In this document: piece after piece, positions 39,580-49,612 of the stretch
How the letters are laid out: each line of letters begins with the position of its first letter
Position numbering within the stretch: the first letter of the stretch is position 1
Source of the DNA: Pirellulales bacterium
Lineage (GTDB): Bacteria; Planctomycetota; Planctomycetia; Pirellulales; UBA7805
Assembly: GCA_046582885.1 (NCBI GenBank)
Contig: JAYGDO010000598.1
Span: 1 to 59,594, forward strand
Length of the DNA stretch: 59,594 nucleotides
Reading direction: 5' to 3'
Translations under genes and position numbers: made by a program
The notes under the pieces: model-generated
What the model was told of the DNA's origin: nothing
Database searches by the model: none
Seen by the model: the letters and a program-made list of their open reading frames with translations, nothing else

Positions 39580-40335
39580 ATGCGTCGATCAAAGCCAACT
39601 GCCGTCGCGCTGTGCATTGCTATGAGTCTTCTTTGCGCGGCCGCCGCGCGGGCCGAAAGGAAAGCCGAAAAGGTCAGTGTGCTGATCGTGACGGGATTCG
39701 ACGTCGGCAGTCACAAATGGCAGGAGGCAAGTTCCGAGACCGCGGCGATCCTGAGCAAGTCCGGCCGGTTCGACGTAAAAATCGCCGAGAGCATCGATGT
39801 TTTGGCCACGTCCGCGTTAAAGGACTACGATGTGCTGGTGCTCAACTATGGATTCTGGAAACAAGCCGGCCCGAGCGATGAAGGAAAAGCGGGCCTGTTG
39901 AATTATGTCAAGGGCGGCAAAGGTGTCGTCGCGCTGCACTTCGCTTGCAGTTCGTTCCAGGAGTGGGACGAATACCACGAACTAATTGGCCGTTGGTGGC
40001 AGAAGGGCAAGGGCGGCCACGGGCCGTTTGGTAAGTTCACCGTCAACGTTGCGGACAAAGAACACCCCATCGCCAAGGGCATTAAGGATTTTGAAACAAA
40101 CGACGAGCTTTATGCGAAGCTTAGCGGCGAAGCCAAAATTCACGTGCTGGCGACCGCCTTTTCTGAGTGGAGCGGCAAGGTCGAGCCGATCATCTTTTCC
40201 AAACCATACGGCAAGGGCCGCGTTGTGCAAAACGTGCTGGGCCACGGACCCAAAGCACGGGCGAACGAGTCGTACCAAAAACTCATTTGCCGCTGCACGG
40301 AGTGGGCCGCCACAGGCTCGGTTACTGTTGATTAG
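39580..40335 (+). CDS. ThuA domain-containing secreted protein
   Basis: Signal peptide MRRSKPTAVALCIAMSLLCAAAARA, VSVLIVTGFD, YDVLVLNY, GKGVVALHFA. CAGGAG sits 8 nt upstream of the ATG at 39580. Confidence 0.75.
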   Translation: MRRSKPTAVALCIAMSLLCAAAARAERKAEKVSVLIVTGFDVGSHKWQEASSETAAILSKSGRFDVKIAESIDVLATSALKDYDVLVLNYGFWKQAGPSDEGKAGLLNYVKGGKGVVALHFACSSFQEWDEYHELIGRWWQKGKGGHGPFGKFTVNVADKEHPIAKGIKDFETNDELYAKLSGEAKIHVLATAFSEWSGKVEPIIFSKPYGKGRVVQNVLGHGPKARANESYQKLICRCTEWAATGSVTVD

Positions 40336-40489
40336 CGGTGCAGGAACGGTGACCAGATTAGCAAAACTCAGCTTGGCTAGTCGCAGCGGTTTAAGGTTCG
40401 GCCGGTGGCGGCCTAAATCCCTAGCCGGTCGCGGATTCTCCGCCAAACTGGTTGGGCGACGCCCCGGCAGTTCCCGCTTTTCGACGTCG

Positions 40490-40510
40490 GTCAACGCAAG
40501 TTGCGTTGAC
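40490..40510. repeat. Perfect 10-1-10 palindrome GTCAACGCAA-G-TTGCGTTGAC
   Basis: Read directly from the sequence. It is preceded by the 8-bp palindrome CGACGTCG and lies in a 585 bp gap with no credible ORF. Confidence 0.9.
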
Positions 40511-40920
40511 GGAACGGCCAGCCCGACAACGCAGACAATCGCCACTGCGGTCGGAGCGGCCAGCGTGACGGTGGGGCGGGCTAAACTCGGCACTCTCGCG
40601 TCTCGGCCAATGGTGAGGCCCGCAGTTGTGACGGGCACCGGGCAACCGGTCCCGAGCGATTAGCGGCGCAATGCTATCTCGGGCCGGCACCAGTTTGGCC
40701 TCTCGCCCCCAGCGGACTGACGGTTGCTGCCGCGGCGGACGCGGACTTGTTGCAATCGGATAAGTTGGAATATTCGTCCAACCCGCAATACATGCAAACC
40801 CTGCCCAATTTAAGCGGATATGCATGTTCGCGTTGCCGGCTGCCGAAGAAAACTTCAGGCGACGGCGTCTGACCCCCACATTTGACGAATCCGAGACTTA
40901 ACCAGCCAAGATTGACACCA

Positions 40921-41760
40921 ATGCTCGAAAACGAAATTATTGACTTTGTGGCCAACAAAAGTCACACCGATCCGGTCTCGCTGCCGGCCGGCACCGATTC
41001 GGTCTCGCGGGCCGAACGCGCGCTCGATCGAGCCGGTCATCTTATCGATCACGCCAATCGTGCGGAAGCGACGTGCCCGCTGTCCGTCGTGATTCCCGTG
41101 TACAACGAACGCAGCATAATTGACGAGGTTGTCCGCGGCATTGTTGCGCTGCCGATCCACAAAGAAATCCTTATTGTGGACGACGCCAGTGACGACGGAA
41201 CTTGGCAAGTTGTTGAGCGGCTAGCCGAACAACTCATCGACGTCTCTGTTATCCGCCATGAAACAAACCGCGGTAAAGGCGCTGCGCTGCGGACCGGTTT
41301 CGAACGTGCCGTGGGCGATGTCATCGTCGTCCAGGATGCGGACCTTAGATACGATCCCAAAGATATTCTGATGCTCGCCCAGCCGATCATCGCCAAGCGG
41401 TGCGATGTGGTGTACGGCTCGCGTTTTCTCGCGCCAATCCACGAAAACTCTTCGTGGTGGTACCGATTCGGCAACCGCGTGTTCACGCGACTGTCCAATC
41501 TGTTCACCGGCCAGAGACTGACTGACGTTGAAACATGTTACAAGGCGTTCCGCCGCGGTATTGTGCGCGAATTTGCGCTGCGGCAAGAACGATTTGGTTT
41601 CGAACCGGAGTTAACCGCTAAAATCGCGAGGCGCGGATATCATATTTATGAGATGCCGGTTGATTTCGGCGGCCGCAGTTGCCCCACAGAAAAATTGATC
41701 AGTATTAAGAGTGCATTCAGCAAGCTGTGGTGCATTGTTCGTTACGGCATTGCCGACTAA
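40921..41760 (+). CDS. Family 2 glycosyltransferase (polyprenyl-phosphate sugar synthase-like)
   Basis: LSVVIPVYNE, ILIVDDASDDGT, VVQDADLRYDP, VYGSRF. Confidence 0.85.
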   Translation: MLENEIIDFVANKSHTDPVSLPAGTDSVSRAERALDRAGHLIDHANRAEATCPLSVVIPVYNERSIIDEVVRGIVALPIHKEILIVDDASDDGTWQVVERLAEQLIDVSVIRHETNRGKGAALRTGFERAVGDVIVVQDADLRYDPKDILMLAQPIIAKRCDVVYGSRFLAPIHENSSWWYRFGNRVFTRLSNLFTGQRLTDVETCYKAFRRGIVREFALRQERFGFEPELTAKIARRGYHIYEMPVDFGGRSCPTEKLISIKSAFSKLWCIVRYGIAD

Positions 41761-42065
41761 GGCGAGATCGAAAAGCCGCCTGCTTCCAGCACTTCTAGTC
41801 GCTCGCTGAGGGCTATCTGATTCGGGCCGTTTCGCGAGTCGTCATCCATCGCCAACACGACGACGGTTGAGGATCATGCTGCTACGTCGTTGCGATGAAA
41901 ACGGCGCAAGGCCGCCCGTGTGTTGGTAGGAACGCGGGCGTTTTTATATTGTGCCGCGGCACTGGCAGGTATTTCACATACCGCTGCCCCTTCAATGCAG
42001 CGGAGGAGACCATTAGCATAAACTAAGGCTTGTGGACCCTTCAGCTTTCTCAACACAAGGTTTTC

Positions 42066-43982
42066 ATGTCATTCGCCGGATTTCACGTCGCCGCCTTTGA
42101 AAGTCGCCGCCTGGATGACATGGCGCGGCTGATTGAACGTCACGGTGGTGTCGCTCATGTCGCCCCGTCGATGCGAGAAGTGCCGCTCGAAGATAACCAC
42201 GGAGCTATCGATTTCGCCAACCGCCTGATGACGGCGCAAATCGATGTCGTGATTCTGCTGACCGGCGTTGGCACGCGGCATCTTGTGGCCGCCGTCGAAC
42301 GGCATGTAGATCGGGAGCGATTTCTCGACGCGCTGCAGGACACGACAACAATCGTTCGCGGACCCAAACCGGCTGCCGCGCTGAAGGAATTCGACATCAC
42401 GCCGACGCATAGAGTGCCCGAGCCAAATACTTGGCGTGAGTTATTACAGATCATTGACGAGCGGATGGCGATTTCCGGGCAGGTGGTTGGCTTGCAGGAA
42501 TACGGCCAGCCGAATCCGAGTCTAGTCGCCGGCCTCGAGGCTCGCGGCGCGACCGTCGTACGCGTGAAAGTCTACGATTGGGCGCTGCCGGAAGACACGT
42601 CGACTCTCGAGCGAACCATACGAGAAATCTGTGATGGTGAAATTGAGGTCGCGATTTTTACTTCGGCCAATCAGGTGGTAAATTTGCTGGCGGTAGCCGA
42701 TTCCCTGAAGCTAACGGATCGTCTGTGCCAAGCGTTTAATAACTTGGTGGTGGCCTCGATTGGTCCGACGACCAGCGATCGGTTGCGGCAAGAGGAATTG
42801 CCGGTCGATTTGGAGCCCGTACACGCGAAGATGGGCCAGCTTGTCGCGGCCACCGCCGAACAGTCTGCGACGATTCTGCAGCGCAAACGGAAATTAGCTG
42901 AAGTGCTCTCCGCGCGGCCAATTCGGGACACGGTGGTTGACCGCGAGCAATCGTGGTACGACAGCTTGCTGATGAAAGCTTGCCGCCGCGAGCCGACCGA
43001 GCGGACACCGGTTTGGCTGATGCGGCAGGCCGGCCGTTATATGCGCGAATACCGTAAAATCCGCGAGCAGGTGTCGTTTCTCGAGCTGTGCAAAGATCCA
43101 TCGCTTTGCGCCGAAGTTGCGATCACGGCCGCCGACCGCTTAGGTGTCGACGCGGCGATTATTTTTTCCGACCTGCTGCCGATCCTCGAACCGATGGGGC
43201 TGGAACTGGAGTACAGCAAAGATGGCGGTCCGGTTATTCACAACCCCGTGCGGGACGCGCCGGACGTTGAGCGGATTCTGGAATTGGAAAGCGTCGATTC
43301 GCTGCACTATGTAATGGAAACGTGTCGTATTACCCGCGCTGAAATGCCTGCCACGCTGCCGCTACTTGGCTTTGCCGGCGCGCCGTTTACATTGGCCAGT
43401 TACGTTATTGAAGGTGGCAGCTCGCGAAACTACCTGCACACAAAAACGCTCATGTATCGCGACCCGGGCGCTTGGGATGAACTGATGTCGCGCCTGGTCC
43501 GCGGGATAACCAAGTACGTCAATGCCCAAATCGCCGCCGGCGTCCAGGCGGTCCAGATTTTTGACAGTTGGGTCGGCTGCCTTTCTCCGGAAGACTATCG
43601 CCAGTTTGTTTTGCCGCATTCGCAGGCCCTCATCGCCGGAATCACTGCGGACGTTCCGGTCATTCACTTTGGCACCGGCAATCCAGCGCTGTTGCCGCTA
43701 CTGGCCGAAGCGGGCGGGCAAGTTATTGGCGTCGATTGGCGCGTGCAGCTTGACGACGCTTGGGAGTTGGTCGGACCCGACCGCGCCGTACAGGGCAATC
43801 TCGATCCGCTGATGCTATTGGCCGAAATGGGCGACATCCGCGCGGCCGCAGCCGATATCCTCGACCAGGCCGCCGGACGGCCTGGCCATATTTTCAACCT
43901 CGGCCACGGCATCATCCCGCAAACACCTGTCGATAATGCCATCGCGCTGGTCGATGCGGTGAAAGAGCTATCGGCCAACTAG
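42066..43982 (+). CDS. hemDE: Fused uroporphyrinogen-III synthase (HemD) / uroporphyrinogen decarboxylase (HemE)
   Basis: N-terminal half is HEM4-like: FESRRLDDMARLIERHGG, VAIFTSANQV, ASIGPTTSDRL. C-terminal half is HemE: TPVWLMRQAGRYMREYR, AAIIFSDLL, GFAGAPFTLASY, QIFDSW, NLGHGI. Confidence 0.85.
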   Translation: MSFAGFHVAAFESRRLDDMARLIERHGGVAHVAPSMREVPLEDNHGAIDFANRLMTAQIDVVILLTGVGTRHLVAAVERHVDRERFLDALQDTTTIVRGPKPAAALKEFDITPTHRVPEPNTWRELLQIIDERMAISGQVVGLQEYGQPNPSLVAGLEARGATVVRVKVYDWALPEDTSTLERTIREICDGEIEVAIFTSANQVVNLLAVADSLKLTDRLCQAFNNLVVASIGPTTSDRLRQEELPVDLEPVHAKMGQLVAATAEQSATILQRKRKLAEVLSARPIRDTVVDREQSWYDSLLMKACRREPTERTPVWLMRQAGRYMREYRKIREQVSFLELCKDPSLCAEVAITAADRLGVDAAIIFSDLLPILEPMGLELEYSKDGGPVIHNPVRDAPDVERILELESVDSLHYVMETCRITRAEMPATLPLLGFAGAPFTLASYVIEGGSSRNYLHTKTLMYRDPGAWDELMSRLVRGITKYVNAQIAAGVQAVQIFDSWVGCLSPEDYRQFVLPHSQALIAGITADVPVIHFGTGNPALLPLLAEAGGQVIGVDWRVQLDDAWELVGPDRAVQGNLDPLMLLAEMGDIRAAAADILDQAAGRPGHIFNLGHGIIPQTPVDNAIALVDAVKELSAN

Positions 43983-43993
43983 CAGTCCCGGGG

Positions 43994-44860
43994 CTACTTC
44001 AACGATTCCAAAAAACCCGTGACCAGTTTTAAAGTCTCCTCCGTTCGGTTCCAGTGGATCAAATGACCAACATCATCGAATCGTATGCGGGTGCAATCTT
44101 CGACGGTGCTCTCGATCGACTCGGCGTCGTCGTCGACAAGCATTCCGCCGACCGCCTTATCTGCCTGTAGTAACAGGACCGGACAGTGAATCTTTGAAAG
44201 AAGGCCGTGGAAGTCATAACCTTCGAGCCATCGCTGCTCAACAATCGGCGGCATTACCGCTGGATCGACTCGTGCCAAACAGCTTGCTGCAAATCGCAGA
44301 GCGGTTGGATCGCGCAGGTCGCCGAGGCGTAATAGCCGTTCGTCGCCCGGCGGGCCAAATCGCAGTTCGGCCAGCTCGCGGGCGTACTGCGCAACTGATT
44401 TTCCGGGTTTCAGCAGAGCTTGAATGCCTTTGAAGTAACTCAGCAGCGGCGTCCGCGCCATCCGCGAACCCATGGTCTCAAAGGGCGGATCCTCCAGCAC
44501 GATCGCACGGACGCGTTCCGGCGCGGCGGCGGCAACGGCCGCCGTCACCATGGCGCCCAGCGAGTGTCCAAATAGGACGACGGGGCGATCGAGCTGCTCG
44601 ATGAACCAGATTGCTTGCTCGACGTAATCTACGGTCCGATATTCGCCCTTAATGCGATCCGAACCGCCGTGACCCGGGAAATCGAGGGCATGAATTTCCC
44701 ATCGTGCGGCGAGCGTCGGGATCAGCGGCACGAAGTCCTGCCAGCGTCGGGTGACGCCATGAAAAAGCACCAGCACCTGCCCCGGCGTGCCGGTCGTCGC
44801 GACATTCAACCGATCGCCTCTGCGGCTAAGTACGTACTCGTTTACCGCCTGAACGTGCAT
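43994..44860 (-). CDS. Alpha/beta hydrolase
   Basis: LVLFHGV, nucleophile elbow GHSLGA, C-terminal HLIHW. Confidence 0.82.
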   Translation of the reverse strand: MHVQAVNEYVLSRRGDRLNVATTGTPGQVLVLFHGVTRRWQDFVPLIPTLAARWEIHALDFPGHGGSDRIKGEYRTVDYVEQAIWFIEQLDRPVVLFGHSLGAMVTAAVAAAAPERVRAIVLEDPPFETMGSRMARTPLLSYFKGIQALLKPGKSVAQYARELAELRFGPPGDERLLRLGDLRDPTALRFAASCLARVDPAVMPPIVEQRWLEGYDFHGLLSKIHCPVLLLQADKAVGGMLVDDDAESIESTVEDCTRIRFDDVGHLIHWNRTEETLKLVTGFLESLK

Positions 44861-44981
44861 TTTCGTGCGTCTGCCCTATATAGAAACTTCGATTCGTAGA
44901 GTATGCCATCCTGATTACGCTGTCAAATTCTCGGCCTCGCATCCTTGGCGCGTTTGCGGCTTTGCGCGAGACTAGTGTCTT

Positions 44982-45827
44982 ATGCAGATTGCAAAATTCC
45001 ATTCCGGTGACGGTCCGCGCGTGGGCCGCATCGATGGCGATCACCTGGTGCCGCTGACGGCAGGTATTTCATTATTCGAAATATTCGAAGCTGACAACCC
45101 GCGGACGGTGATCGAAAAGGCGACGGATTCGGCGTCAGCAGGTATTTTGCTGGGCGATGCCAATCTACTCGCGCCGATCGATCAGCACGAAGTGTGGGCG
45201 GCGGGCGTTACGTACATCCGCAGCAAGACCGCGCGAATGGAAGAATCGGAAGCGGCGGCCGACTGTTACGATCGTGTCTACGTTGCCGACCGGCCGGAGC
45301 TTTTTTTCAAGGCGGTTCCGCATCGCGTGTCTGGAACCGGGCAGCCGGTGCGGATTCGCCAAGACTCAAATTGGAATGTGCCGGAACCGGAATTGGCGCT
45401 GGTATTGAACACGAATCTGCAAATCGTCGGATTCACGGTCGGCAATGACATGAGCAGCCGGGACATCGAAGGCGACAATCCGCTTTATTTGCCGCAGGCA
45501 AAAGTTTACAGCGAGTGTTGTGGCCTGGGTCCGTGGATTACGCTGGCCGCCGCGATGCCTCCGCCAGCCGAGATAGGCATCCGGCTCGCGGTTCGCCGCG
45601 GTGAAGGCATCGTATTCGAGGATGAAACAAACGCTGGCCAAATGGCGAGATCGTTCGAGGATTTGGTTTCCTGGCTGGCGCGGGACAACACATTCCCCAC
45701 GGGCGCCGTGCTGCTGACCGGAACAGGGATCGTTCCGGACGACTTTTCACTGCAACCTGCCGACGTGGTGGACATAACCATCGACGGCATCGGGACGCTG
45801 TCGAATTCGGTTGTGCAAGGTGCGTAA
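44982..45827 (+). CDS. Fumarylacetoacetate hydrolase (FAH) family protein, 2-keto-3-deoxy-pentonate dehydratase-like
   Basis: [12 protein letters not shown]-domain, [25 protein letters not shown]. Confidence 0.8.
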   Translation: MQIAKFHSGDGPRVGRIDGDHLVPLTAGISLFEIFEADNPRTVIEKATDSASAGILLGDANLLAPIDQHEVWAAGVTYIRSKTARMEESEAAADCYDRVYVADRPELFFKAVPHRVSGTGQPVRIRQDSNWNVPEPELALVLNTNLQIVGFTVGNDMSSRDIEGDNPLYLPQAKVYSECCGLGPWITLAAAMPPPAEIGIRLAVRRGEGIVFEDETNAGQMARSFEDLVSWLARDNTFPTGAVLLTGTGIVPDDFSLQPADVVDITIDGIGTLSNSVVQGA

Positions 45828-46001
45828 GTATAGGGCAATTTCGAAATGACTTTCCCTTCGGTTGTGACGGGGAGGTGTTAAGAGAGGGATGAATCGACCC
45901 GCGTGGAACTCTTTGGACCGAGTTCGGCGCAGCACTTTTGTTTCCTCTCCCCGACGCTTTCCAGCCATGCGGAGGCAGGAACTGAATTTGGAGCAAGCAC
46001 G

Positions 46002-47588
46002 ATGGCAACACAATCGGTATTAATCGCAGGAACGTGGCGAGAGGCGAATGCATTGGAGGCCTTTCACGCTGTGAATCCAGCCACCCGCGAGAAATTGCCG
46101 GATGCCTATCCGGTCAGTTCGTGGGCCGATTGCAACGCGGTATTGGACGCCGCCGCGGCAGCAGCCGTCGAAATGCGGCGGTTGCCGGCCGAACGGATCG
46201 CAAAGTTTCTCGAGGTCTACGCGGACCGTATCGAGGCGCGTAAAGATGCGATCGCCGAAATGGGCAATTCTGAAACGGCGCTGCCCACCGCGCCACGATT
46301 GGCCGATGTTGAATTGCCGCGAACGACAAACCAACTGCGGCTCGCCGCCGCCGCGGCGCGCGAAGGTTCGTGGTCCACCGCGACGATTGACACAGCCAAC
46401 AACATCCGTTCGTACTACACGGCCATCGGACCTGTAGCGGTCTTTGGGCCAAACAACTTTCCATTGGCGTTCGGCAGCGTTTCGGGCGGCGATTTTGCGG
46501 CGGCCATTGCCGCCGGAAACCCCGTGATTGGAAAAGCAAATTCATCACACCCGGGAACGACGCGGCTGTTTGCCGAAGAAGCGCTCGCGGCGATCGAGTT
46601 GACGGAACTTCCCGCCGCCGCGGTGCAATTGCTTTACCGTACTAGCCACGGCGACGGAGAACGGCTGGTCTCCGATCCGCGGATTGGCGCGACGGGCTAC
46701 ACCGGCAGTCGATCGGCGGGCTTGAAACTCAAGGCCGCAGCCGATGCGGCCGGAAAACCGATTTATCTCGAGCTGTCGGCCGTTAATCCGATCATAATTC
46801 TACCCGCCGCCTTGGAACAGCGAGGCGACGAGTTGCTGGATGAATTCCTAACCAGCAGTTTGATGGGAACGGGACAATTCTGCACCAATCCGGGGATCGT
46901 CGTCCTGTTGGCCGGTCCACAGACCGAGTCCTTTATTGACCAACTGGCAGTCCGTTTCGAATCGGCGGCCATCGGCACACTCCTCTCGTCCCGCGTGGCC
47001 GAGTCGATGGAGGAGAATATCGCGCGGCTGATCGGCGTGGGTGCGGGTTTGCTAACCGGTGGGAAAAGTGGGAGTGGCGACGGATTTTGCTACCAAAACA
47101 CACTGCTCCGTGCCAGCGGTGCGCAATTTTTGGCAAAGCCCGCCGCATTTCAAACGGAGGTGTTCGGCAACGCGTCATTGCTGGTTGTCGCCGATGACGT
47201 CAGCCAATTGCTGCAGATCATCGCGGAGCTGGAAGGCAGTTTGACCGGCTGCATTTATTCGGCGCGCGACGGCGGCGATGATGCCGCGTATGACGAACTC
47301 GCGCCGGCACTGGCCAGTCGCGTCGGCCGGCTCTTAAACGACAAGATGCCTACCGGCGTCGCTGTTTCGCCGGCGATGAACCACGGTGGTCCGTTCCCGG
47401 CGACCGGTCACCCTGGATTCACCGCGGTCGGCATTCCGGCTTCGCTGAGCCGGTTCGCCCAGCTTCAATGTTATGACAATGTGCGACCGCACCGGTTACC
47501 TGCCGCTCTGCGGGATGATAATCCGAGCGGGTCCATGTGGCGGCTCATCGACGGTAATTGGACTCAGGCGGATGTTGCCGGCGGATGA
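46002..47588 (+). CDS. Aldehyde dehydrogenase, alpha-ketoglutarate-semialdehyde dehydrogenase-like
   Basis: FGPNNFPLAF, GYTGS, ELSAVNP, GQFCTNPG, FGN. The ATG at 46002 follows GGAG. Confidence 0.85.
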   Translation: MATQSVLIAGTWREANALEAFHAVNPATREKLPDAYPVSSWADCNAVLDAAAAAAVEMRRLPAERIAKFLEVYADRIEARKDAIAEMGNSETALPTAPRLADVELPRTTNQLRLAAAAAREGSWSTATIDTANNIRSYYTAIGPVAVFGPNNFPLAFGSVSGGDFAAAIAAGNPVIGKANSSHPGTTRLFAEEALAAIELTELPAAAVQLLYRTSHGDGERLVSDPRIGATGYTGSRSAGLKLKAAADAAGKPIYLELSAVNPIIILPAALEQRGDELLDEFLTSSLMGTGQFCTNPGIVVLLAGPQTESFIDQLAVRFESAAIGTLLSSRVAESMEENIARLIGVGAGLLTGGKSGSGDGFCYQNTLLRASGAQFLAKPAAFQTEVFGNASLLVVADDVSQLLQIIAELEGSLTGCIYSARDGGDDAAYDELAPALASRVGRLLNDKMPTGVAVSPAMNHGGPFPATGHPGFTAVGIPASLSRFAQLQCYDNVRPHRLPAALRDDNPSGSMWRLIDGNWTQADVAGG

Positions 47589-47884
47589 CGAACCCCTACG
47601 AATCTCCCGCAAATAACGAAATATCTACGGAGTCCGGTGCGGATAAGTCGCGGGAAATGGCGTGTCCCGAATGCGGCGAGCCGATGGAGGCCGGTTACTT
47701 TCCGAGTACCGGTATCTTTTGGAAACTGCCCGGCGCAATGCCGATTTCGATAACGTCCAAAGAGGCATTGCCCGGAACGCTGCCCCGGTCATTTCGATGG
47801 GGTACGAACAAGGTTGGCGGATTTCGCTGTCGGGATTGCGAACTTGTCTTATTCTGGTACGGATCCTGTAAGCGAAAAGTTTGA
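47585..47884 (+). CDS. Small zinc-ribbon protein
   Basis: CPECG...CRDC pair. Its ATG overlaps the upstream stop (ATGA). Confidence 0.5.
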   Translation: MTNPYESPANNEISTESGADKSREMACPECGEPMEAGYFPSTGIFWKLPGAMPISITSKEALPGTLPRSFRWGTNKVGGFRCRDCELVLFWYGSCKRKV

Positions 47885-47919
47885 ACACGGGAACATTTGG
47901 CGTTGATGGAAGTGGAGCC

Positions 47920-48288
47920 ATGACAATTGAGACGCGCTGCGCCGGCTGCGGAACGATCTTAACGATCGTTGACCAATATGCCGGCCGGCAAGCCCGCTGT
48001 CCGCATTGTCAGACCGAGTACACCGTACCGGAGCAGACGGACGAAGCGACGCTTGATGCAGTTTGTCACTTCTGCGGCGCTGCGGTGGATGCGGTTAAGC
48101 AGGTCGAGTCCATCAAAATCTGCGCCACGTGCCAAGCGAGTATCGAAGAAAACCAAGCGGACATACAGGCGGAAACGCAGTCGGCCGGGCAATCCCACAG
48201 GCTCTTAATAGGTGCTGTGGTAATCGGTGCCGGGATGTGTCTGATCTACTTCGTGGTTCGCGTCATCCGCGACTACTTCGGCCCGTAG
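47920..48288 (+). CDS. Double zinc-ribbon protein with C-terminal TM anchor
   Basis: CAGCG..CPHC and CHFCG..CATC, then LLIGAVVIGAGMCLIYFVV. GGAG upstream of the ATG at 47920. Confidence 0.5.
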   Translation: MTIETRCAGCGTILTIVDQYAGRQARCPHCQTEYTVPEQTDEATLDAVCHFCGAAVDAVKQVESIKICATCQASIEENQADIQAETQSAGQSHRLLIGAVVIGAGMCLIYFVVRVIRDYFGP

Positions 48289-48349
48289 TTGCAGTGTCGC
48301 GCCGGGAGCCCTACCCTCCTAATCGCCAGCGGGACGTAATCACACGCGA

Positions 48350-49612
48350 CTAATGCGATACATCGTAGCACATCAGCACGTCTTGATCGCGGAGGTAGAG
48401 TTTGCCGCCGACGATCACCGGATGCGGCCAGCTTTTTCCGCGGACTTCGGCTAATTTGAAGTGGCCTTTCAATCGATACTCTTCCGGACTGGCTTCGATC
48501 AGTGCCATGGTGCCGTCTTCGTAACGGAAGTACAGGTGGCCGTCGGCATAGACAATTGCCGCCGAACCGCCCCCCGGTCCGCGGCCCGGTTCCCAAGCGA
48601 CTTCGCCACTGAGCATCTCAATGCACAGTGGAAAACCGTTGTTGTGTTTGTTGCCCATATAGATGTGGTTGCCGAGCAAGATCATGCCACCGTGGTGATT
48701 CTGAATCTTGCTGCCGGGCACAAAATAGACTTCTTCGGATTCGACGCCATCGCCGGATTTGACTAATTTCAGAAGTGCCGCGCCGGTGCCGTAACCGGTC
48801 GAGCAAAAGATGTGATCGCCTTTGGCAATGGGCGTCGGGATATTGGCCGTACCGTTGGCGACCCGGTTGTAATTCCATAGCGTTTTTCCGTCTTCGGCGC
48901 GAACCCCGATGACTCCGCGGCCAACGAGTTGTATGTACTGCTTAACGCCTGCGCCGTTGCTGATTATGGGCGATGCGTACGCCGCGCCGTCCCTGCCACG
49001 ACTGCCCGGATCATCCGGCATGGCCGAATTCCAGATTACATCGCCGGTCTTTTTATCTAACGCTGTGAGCATGGCGTCTTCTGCGCCGGGAGTGCAAATG
49101 AGTCGATCACCGTCGATCAGCGGCGACTCGCTATAACCCCAGCCGGACATCATCTTGCCGCCGAAGTCTTTTGCGTAGTTTTTCTCCCAGACGATCGAGC
49201 CATCTTCAGTCTTGGCGCAAAGCAATTCACCGTTTCTTGACAAGGCAAAAATTAGGTCGCCATCAACGGTCGGTGTGCAGTTTGGATTACCGCCTCCAAC
49301 TTTCGTCGCCCAAATTTCTGATTGGTCTATTAAATCCAGCGCGATCAAGTAACAGCCGCCCTTGCGGGCACCCATGGTGTAGATACGGTTGCCGACGATA
49401 GCCACGCTCGCGTAGCCACGGCCGAGACCTTCGGTTTTCCACAATAGCGCTGGCCCCTCTTCCGTCCATTCCGAGAGCAATCCCATTTCTGCGGATTTCG
49501 CGTCACGGTTTGGGCCGCGCCAACCCGGCCAACTGGCTTCGGCGGCGATTAATGTGGATGAGGTGATGACGCAACAGACAAATAAGGCAGGTTTCAATCC
49601 GTAAATTTTCAT
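48350..49612 (-). CDS. PQQ-like beta-propeller repeat protein (BamB-like fold)
   Basis: Signal peptide, WPGWRGPNRD, and repeated W/G propeller-blade patterns. The ATG at 49612 follows GGAG; the ORF is open to 49639. Confidence 0.78.
   Translation of the reverse strand: MKIYGLKPALFVCCVITSSTLIAAEASWPGWRGPNRDAKSAEMGLLSEWTEEGPALLWKTEGLGRGYASVAIVGNRIYTMGARKGGCYLIALDLIDQSEIWATKVGGGNPNCTPTVDGDLIFALSRNGELLCAKTEDGSIVWEKNYAKDFGGKMMSGWGYSESPLIDGDRLICTPGAEDAMLTALDKKTGDVIWNSAMPDDPGSRGRDGAAYASPIISNGAGVKQYIQLVGRGVIGVRAEDGKTLWNYNRVANGTANIPTPIAKGDHIFCSTGYGTGAALLKLVKSGDGVESEEVYFVPGSKIQNHHGGMILLGNHIYMGNKHNNGFPLCIEMLSGEVAWEPGRGPGGGSAAIVYADGHLYFRYEDGTMALIEASPEEYRLKGHFKLAEVRGKSWPHPVIVGGKLYLRDQDVLMCYDVSH

Noticed and set aside
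39982-40663. Mirror-image ORFs of 218 aa (minus) and 225 aa (plus)
   Set aside because: Both run through the ThuA-like CDS out of frame or antisense, and both have Arg/Ala/Pro-rich junk composition. The non-ThuA part is treated as non-coding (see the gap finding).
41918-41955. Possible rho-independent terminator (CGCCCG ... CGGGCG followed by TTTTTAT) after the GT2 gene
   Set aside because: The stem is only ~6 bp with a ~16-nt loop and lies ~160 nt past the stop codon. That is too weak to call.
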